Source of the DNA: Flavobacteriaceae bacterium
GTDB taxonomy: Bacteria; Bacteroidota; Bacteroidia; Flavobacteriales; Flavobacteriaceae
Length of the DNA: 64,000 bases
Assembly (NCBI GenBank): GCA_052032225.1
Contig: JBPEWY010000083.1
Coordinates: 40,965-104,964 of the forward strand
Direction: 5' to 3'
A program made the translations under genes and the position numbers. Shown one piece after another: positions 60,301 through 64,000 of this stretch. The notes under the pieces were generated by a model. It was not told where the DNA came from. It saw only the letters and a program-made list of their open reading frames with translations, and made no database searches. Each line of letters opens with the position of its first letter. Within the stretch, counting starts at the first letter, position 1.

Positions 60301-60738
60301 GGATACGAAGGGGAAAGTGCTTTAGATACTGATCCTAATGATGAAATAGAAGATCCGGCATCTATGCTACCAAATACTAACAATACAGGAGATGTTGATT
60401 ACAGAGATGATTTAGATGTATTGGGTGTAACAGAAGGGTTAATTGTGTATAACATTGTTACGCCAAACGGAGACGGTAAGCACGATTTCTTAGAAATAGA
60501 AGGTATAGAAGATTTCCCTGAAAATACAGTGAAGATATTTAACAGGTGGGGTGTAATGGTTTATGAAACAGAGTCTTATAACAACATTAACAACAACTTT
60601 AGAGGAATGTCTAAAGGTAGAGTTACAGTTAAACAAGACGAAATGTTACCAACGGGTACGTACTATTATGTAATAGAATACGTTAATAGTGAAGGAAAGA
60701 AAGTTTCTTTAGCCAACTATTTATACTTAAACAGATAG
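54337..60738 (+). CDS. Giant cell-surface adhesin with a T9SS type B C-terminal sorting domain (2133 aa)
   Basis: Signal peptide. SdrD-B/CRD-like module ([16 protein letters not shown]...[17 protein letters not shown]). Parallel beta-helix repeats ([34 protein letters not shown]). A GEVEDY motif segment. Two Calx-beta-like modules. Three about 95-aa cadherin/VCBS-like repeats (DVLANDT...NGTVTI..DGT(I/V)TY(V/T)P). TSP3 repeats. C-terminus [32 protein letters not shown]...[10 protein letters not shown]. Confidence 0.9.
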   Translation: MQRMRPARDLLTPTRKLHFIIVSVLLLLVSFSLKAQDTYRDNFGTVSYNNNDGTQNWSGSWDEDNDNNNPNSGNIRIESGVLTFQAISRNDERISRSANLSGYGTAFLSFDYRAILNGGNDATSENLAVQVSSDGVNFTTVGTIYNSNWTTFNVDISAFISNNTTIRFINLSTWGSGDWENNNYVFIDNLQILAFATSIQFNQPLVLFDEFDGYIDYTSTGGSLRTQPNGVNACAIASSSSNTLTSPVPAGATIQKAYLYWAHSGATPDTQVTFEGNSVNADWVYATALGSRTFYGGVSDVTSIITGISNLSTNTFDFSDLTVDNSATYCNNQTVLGGWALFIVYEDLTLPASTINLYQGFNAENNSSSSFTLSGFFAIGSNGSKTTVMSWEGDQTLSNNEDLTVTTGLGTFRLSGDGDNNGVTTVNPFNSTIFDNTVIPNINNTTSYGLDLDTYDVSPYVQPGESSVTTNVQTGQDLVIMNAVVLKVPSNIISGVVFEDVNYGGGSGRDRVTASGVPIPGATVELYDVLGNLVDTKVTNNNGRYIFAGMQNGIYRIRVVNNTVRSTRTGGSSCSTCIPVQTFRRDYALSSFTDVTNEVGGANPAGQDPGPGTITGAQSVSVVTINSEGAVGLDFGFNFNTIVNTNATGQGSLAQFIENANNLGNSGINIEANSIFDPAAGQDVSIFMIPSNSDPLGRTTDPNFSGGVATITATTILPVITDDNTHIDGRTQTANIGDTNTGTVGTGGTVGVDAEPLPTYQLPEIAINADNKNGLRLNGATSNVVIRNLAIYNAVHGINATGNGGSGTNRVVSNMLLGTLPNGNDPGSSLQNTGYGVRLVNPSELTVTSSYIAYNQDGGVLGSNNNASLTVTYNEIFQNGSGSNSANAVAINGDNSLVQYNLIYNQQTSSGNPDSDGGSGIEIGNTTVASGNNTIDNNTIYNNISAGINVRNGANNNTISKNIVYGNEVGVAVNDESRATAANTITQNSIYNNNLLGIDLHGGGSGIFDGVTLNDLNDTDSGSNDLVNFPVFDKVVIDDSQLYIKGWARPGAIIELFITDISSGTASPGDNQLGMSQDYGEGQTFLASLTEGSGSDLSSATSSYTDVDGNTDNTNEFEFVISLPSGVNSGTLLTATATVGGSTSEFSSSKVVRRTDFGDAPNSYNTNLASNGPRHGLSNSIYLGASIPDAETDGQPSADATGDGAEDDGVLIGASSLQDQILYAGQPITFTVVAGSSDATTGYLNAWIDLNGDGDFADAGEKIIDNQSLSVGNNSINYTIPDTATAGITFARFRYSSQTLSTSDGFAYDGEVEDYRVTIQNVLVEFASSSYEDDESNTDSPVLILNQALSSPLTVDLTVTGGTATSGSDFSNTVTVTIPAGVTTYTIPTSVFSVTDDNLVEPSETIQFTLANPQAGLVIGDANNNSTSQNTTTYTITDNDSASLAIDDVTVTEGGDLVFTVSLTGDVQGGVSVDYASSDNTAVAGSDYTSVSGTLNFTGTDGETQTITVSTTDDTLVEPTEDFTITLSNTTPSSVTISDATGIGTITDNDADVQDDTASTDEDTSVTIDVLANDTYGSDDTVSVVAASDPANGTVTIEADGTITYVPDPDFNGVDTFAYTVEVTHSDGSVTTETSTVTVTVNPVQDAQDDTAVTDQDTPVTIDVLANDTFNASSTVAVISTSNPSNGNVTIETDGTVTYTPNAGFTGTDSFTYTVQVTHADGSTTTETATVTVTVNAGLNAEDDVATTDENVAVTIDVLANDVNVPTNGTLTVTAPANGTVVINDNGTPSDPSDDTVTYTPNADYSGTDTFTYTICDTSSNCDTATVVITVNPVNNMDTDGDGVPDAVDIDDDNDGILDVDEDLNMDGDDDPSTTPTDTDGDGVPDYLDIDSDNDGIPDNVEAQPTEGYIPPTPGDSDGDGLLDVYEFGGNEGLLPEDTDDDFIPDYLDEDSDNDGSPDNIEGHDFDNDGEPENTFRGSDKDGDGLDDGYEGESALDTDPNDEIEDPASMLPNTNNTGDVDYRDDLDVLGVTEGLIVYNIVTPNGDGKHDFLEIEGIEDFPENTVKIFNRWGVMVYETESYNNINNNFRGMSKGRVTVKQDEMLPTGTYYYVIEYVNSEGKKVSLANYLYLNR
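58639..58986 (+). repeat. 18-nt direct repeats ACCATAACAGATAACGAT bounding a 330-bp GC-rich Calx-beta cassette
   Basis: Identical 18-mers at 58639-58656 and 58969-58986, exactly 330 bp (110 codons) apart. The enclosed DNA uses ACG/ACC/GGC/TCG codons, unlike the ACA/ACT/GGA/TCA-rich flanks. Confidence 0.85.
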
Positions 60739-60761
60739 AAGGCTTAATAAATTAGTAGTTA

Positions 60762-61685
60762 ATGAAGAAAAAAATCTTATCAATAGTATTTGTTTTTGTA
60801 ACGGTGTTCTGTTTTGCCCAGCAAGATGCACAGTATACACAGTACATGTATAATACAATAAGTATTAACCCGGCATATGCCGGTTCAAGAGGTGTTGCAA
60901 GTATTACAGGATTGCACAGATCACAATGGGTTGGCTTAGAAGGAGCTCCGGTTACTCAAACATTAAATCTTCATTCTCCTATTGGATTGTACAAAAATAT
61001 GGGTTTAGGACTATCAATTGTTAACGATCAGATTGGTCCTACTCAAGAAACCTATTTTGATATTGATTTTTCATATACAATTAACACATCAGAAACAGCT
61101 AAACTTTCTTTTGGGTTAAAAGCAGGAGGGCATTTACTTAATGTTGATTTTAATGAACTCAACCAAAAATACTCAGACGACCCATTAACGCAAGCTAACA
61201 TTGATAATAGGTTTTCACCAAATATTGGTGCTGGTATTTATTTTCATACCGATAAATTTTATGTTGGATTATCAGCACCAAATTTATTAGAAACAAAACA
61301 CTTTGATGAATCTAGCTTATCTGAAGTACAAGAAGACATACATTATTACTTTATCACAGGATATGTCTTTGATTTAAACCCATCAATTAAATTTAAACCG
61401 GCATTACTTACAAAAGCTGTATTTGGAGCGCCTTTACAGGTAGATTTATCTGCAAACTTTTTAATACAAGAAAAATTTATTTTAGGTGCGGCTTACCGTT
61501 GGGATGCAGCAGTTAGTGGATTAGCCGGGTTCCAGATTTCAAGGGCATTAATGGTTGGCTTGGCCTACGACAGAGAGATTACAGAGCTTGGAAATGCTGT
61601 GTTTAATAATGGCTCTTTTGAGGTTTTACTTAGGTTTGAGCTCTTTAGTAGTGCCGACAGAATTATTACTCCAAGATTCTTCTAA
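60762..61685 (+). CDS. PorP/SprF-family T9SS outer-membrane protein (second copy)
   Basis: QQDAQYTQYMYNTISINPAYAG motif, collinear with the 51042-51992 paralog through to the C-terminal TPRFF. Confidence 0.92.
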   Translation: MKKKILSIVFVFVTVFCFAQQDAQYTQYMYNTISINPAYAGSRGVASITGLHRSQWVGLEGAPVTQTLNLHSPIGLYKNMGLGLSIVNDQIGPTQETYFDIDFSYTINTSETAKLSFGLKAGGHLLNVDFNELNQKYSDDPLTQANIDNRFSPNIGAGIYFHTDKFYVGLSAPNLLETKHFDESSLSEVQEDIHYYFITGYVFDLNPSIKFKPALLTKAVFGAPLQVDLSANFLIQEKFILGAAYRWDAAVSGLAGFQISRALMVGLAYDREITELGNAVFNNGSFEVLLRFELFSSADRIITPRFF

Positions 61686-61774
61686 AAATTGTTAAAAACT
61701 ATTTGAAAACTGCTTTTAAGTGTCATAAAAACTGAAGTATAAATAAGTATTTTAGTTATTAAAATAGACACTAA

Positions 61775-64000
61775 ATGAGGCTAAGAATTTTTATAATTCT
61801 GTTATGTAGCTTTTTTGTTTGTAGCAGTGCTTTCTCACAAAAACGCCAGTTAAGAAAAGGTGATGAAAACTTCAATAATTTAGCTTATGCCGTAGCGGCT
61901 AAGTTTTACTTAAAAGCACTTAAGAAAGGGTATAATAATCCCGACATATATAAAAAACTGGGCGACTCATATTATTACAATTCAGACTATAGGGAGGCTT
62001 ATGAATGGTACGATAAACTCTTTAAAACAAATTCTGAAATAGAACCTGAGTATTATTTTAAATATGCACAAACATTAAGGTCTCAAAAACTTTACGAACA
62101 AGCTTCGAAGATTTTAGAGACCTTTCAAAATTTAAAACCCAATGATTCTAGATCACAATTATTAAAAACCTCTCCAAATTATCTGGATTCTATTAAAACC
62201 CAAACCAGTTTATATAATATCAAAAACTTAGATATAAATTCTGAAGAGTCAGACTTCGCACCATCAATACTAAATAAATCGCTTGTATATACATCTGCAA
62301 GAGACACCGGTGTTTTTGAAAAGTTTACTCATAGATGGACTAACAAGTCTTTTTTAGATTTATACAAAGCACCATTAGATGATTTAACTAAAAATAACGT
62401 AAAGCGCTTTTCTAATACAATAAATACAAGATACCACGAATCTACATCTGTTTTTACAAAAGATGGAACAACCATTTATTTTACTAGAAATAATGTGGTA
62501 AATGGAAAGCGCAAAAAAGACAAAAGAGGCACTACAAGATTAAAAATTTACAGGGCAAAATATAGTAATGGTACTTGGACAGATATTGAAGAACTTCCGT
62601 TTAATGACGATAGTTACTCTGTTGCTCATCCAGCATTAAGTCCTGATGAGACCAAATTATATTTTTCATCAGATATGCCCGGAGGCTATGGAATGTCTGA
62701 CATTTATGTAGTAGATATTTTGCCGGATGGAACTTTTGGTAAACCCAGAAATTTAGGACCTGAGATTAATACAGAATCCCGAGAAACGTTTCCGTATGTA
62801 AGTGATCATAACAATCTATATTTTGCTTCAGACGGGCATTTAGGGCTTGGCGGATTAGATATTTTTGTTTCAGAAATAAGGCAAGATGGTTCGTTCGGTC
62901 CGGTAGTTAATCTAGGAAAACCGGTGAACAGTTCTTATGATGATTTTACTTTTGTTATAAACGATGAAACCAAAACCGGATATTTTGCTTCTAATAGAGG
63001 AGGAGGAAAAGGTGGCGATGATATTTATGTGTTTCAAATAGATAACAGTTTCATTTTATGTAAAAAACATATCACCGGAATTGTTAAAAACATTGAAACC
63101 AATGAAGTGATTAAAGATGCAGTAGTAGCATTAATTCACGAAAACAAAGAGATTGAAGAAATAAAAACAGATGCAGAAGGTAAATACTATTTTGAAGTTA
63201 GTTGTGAAGAAGATGAGAAGCGATTGTTAGGAACAAAAATAGGATACCTTCCTACAGAGAAAAACGTATTAATATCAGGCAAGAAAAAGTCAGACACAAT
63301 ACGAGTAAACTTAGAATTAATAAAGCAACTTAAATCGCCGGTGGGCGGATACGATCTTGCAAAACTTATAAAACTAAATCCTATTTATTTTGATTTTGAT
63401 AAGTATAACATTCGTTTAAGTGCAAGAAAAGAGCTTAATAAAATTGCCGAAGTTTTAATAAATAATCCGGATTTATTGGTAGATATTAAATCGCATACAG
63501 ATAGCCGTGGCTCTGATGATTATAATATGATTTTATCAGAAAAAAGGGCTCAAAGCACATTAGAATACATAAAAGCAAGAGGAGTTGCAGCTATCAGGCT
63601 TACTGCTAAAGGTTATGGAGAAACTCAATTGGTTAACGAATGCTCTAATGGGGTTAAATGCTCTAAGCATGACCATCAATTAAACAGACGATCTGAATTT
63701 ATTATAGCTAACGAGCAAATATTCACCGTTCAGATTGCAGCAGTAAAAAAAGAACCTAATTTAAACGCATATAATAATATTCCTAACTTGTTTAGTTACA
63801 AATATGATGATGGTTTTACACGTATTTACTCAGGAATGTTTGACTCTGAAGACAAGGCAAAGCAACATTTAAAAGATTTAAAAGACAAAGGAGTAGAAGG
63901 CTTTATTAGAAAACTTTACATAGAAGAAAATCCAGATCCAGAATCTAATTTAATTAACGATCCTAATTTTAAATCGGTAGATGTAGCAACCTATACATTG
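61775..64000 (+). CDS. PorE-like OmpA-family protein (second copy) with an extra C-terminal SPOR-like domain; 3' end beyond the window
   Basis: Not in the ORF track because it has no stop in the window. Hand translation from ATG 61775 (MRLRIFIILLCSFFVCSSAFSQ...) is open and in frame to 64000 and collinear with 52005-53948 through NRRSEFII. It then continues FTVQIAAVKK...GFTRIYSGMFDSEDKAKQHLKDLKDKGVEGFIRKL. Confidence 0.85.
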   Translation, partial: MRLRIFIILLCSFFVCSSAFSQKRQLRKGDENFNNLAYAVAAKFYLKALKKGYNNPDIYKKLGDSYYYNSDYREAYEWYDKLFKTNSEIEPEYYFKYAQTLRSQKLYEQASKILETFQNLKPNDSRSQLLKTSPNYLDSIKTQTSLYNIKNLDINSEESDFAPSILNKSLVYTSARDTGVFEKFTHRWTNKSFLDLYKAPLDDLTKNNVKRFSNTINTRYHESTSVFTKDGTTIYFTRNNVVNGKRKKDKRGTTRLKIYRAKYSNGTWTDIEELPFNDDSYSVAHPALSPDETKLYFSSDMPGGYGMSDIYVVDILPDGTFGKPRNLGPEINTESRETFPYVSDHNNLYFASDGHLGLGGLDIFVSEIRQDGSFGPVVNLGKPVNSSYDDFTFVINDETKTGYFASNRGGGKGGDDIYVFQIDNSFILCKKHITGIVKNIETNEVIKDAVVALIHENKEIEEIKTDAEGKYYFEVSCEEDEKRLLGTKIGYLPTEKNVLISGKKKSDTIRVNLELIKQLKSPVGGYDLAKLIKLNPIYFDFDKYNIRLSARKELNKIAEVLINNPDLLVDIKSHTDSRGSDDYNMILSEKRAQSTLEYIKARGVAAIRLTAKGYGETQLVNECSNGVKCSKHDHQLNRRSEFIIANEQIFTVQIAAVKKEPNLNAYNNIPNLFSYKYDDGFTRIYSGMFDSEDKAKQHLKDLKDKGVEGFIRKLYIEENPDPESNLINDPNFKSVDVATYTL

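Noticed and set aside
45842-60383. About 20 short ORFs of 60-110 aa on both strands inside the two adhesin genes
   Set aside because: All are nested in the long uninterrupted adhesin frames, whose repeats and CTDs are recognisable. They are low-complexity artefacts of Asp/Thr/Gly-rich coding sequence.

Overview
AT-rich chromosomal segment that looks like a Flavobacteriia (Bacteroidota) genome. The evidence is TTTG/TAnnTTTG-type promoters, almost no Shine-Dalgarno sequences, the gene order rpsU-xerC-hpf-tRNA-tuf-tRNATrp-secE-nusG-rplKAJL-rpoBC, and type IX secretion (T9SS) components. About 70% of the window is core housekeeping: an M14 peptidase, coaD, ddl, rluD, yaaA, a complete trpEGDCFBA operon, a thiol-redox cluster, two tandem alanine/glycine:cation symporters, an acyl-CoA dehydrogenase, the translation/transcription superoperon and prfC. 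The last ~19 kb is accessory. It holds two consecutive three-gene modules, each made of a giant T9SS type-B-CTD adhesin (1969 aa and 2133 aa), a PorP/SprF-like protein and a PorE-like protein with TPR, beta-propeller, CRD and OmpA_C domains. The second PorE-like gene is missing from the ORF track because it runs off the window. Features found by reading the sequence that the ORF track does not show: (1) a ribosome-mediated trp attenuator with a 20-codon leader peptide carrying three consecutive Trp codons; (2) two bTHX ribosomal-protein paralogs, one fused to a Lys/Thr/Ala tail and one translationally coupled to an unannotated 43-codon basic ORF; (3) a near-perfect SD upstream of rpsU only; (4) a compositionally foreign, GC-rich Calx-beta cassette bounded by 18-nt direct repeats inside adhesin 2; (5) near-identical 294-bp tandem repeats in adhesin 1; (6) five tRNAs. 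I saw no CRISPR array, transposon, prophage or recognisable defence system. All calls come from reading motifs by eye, with no database search.
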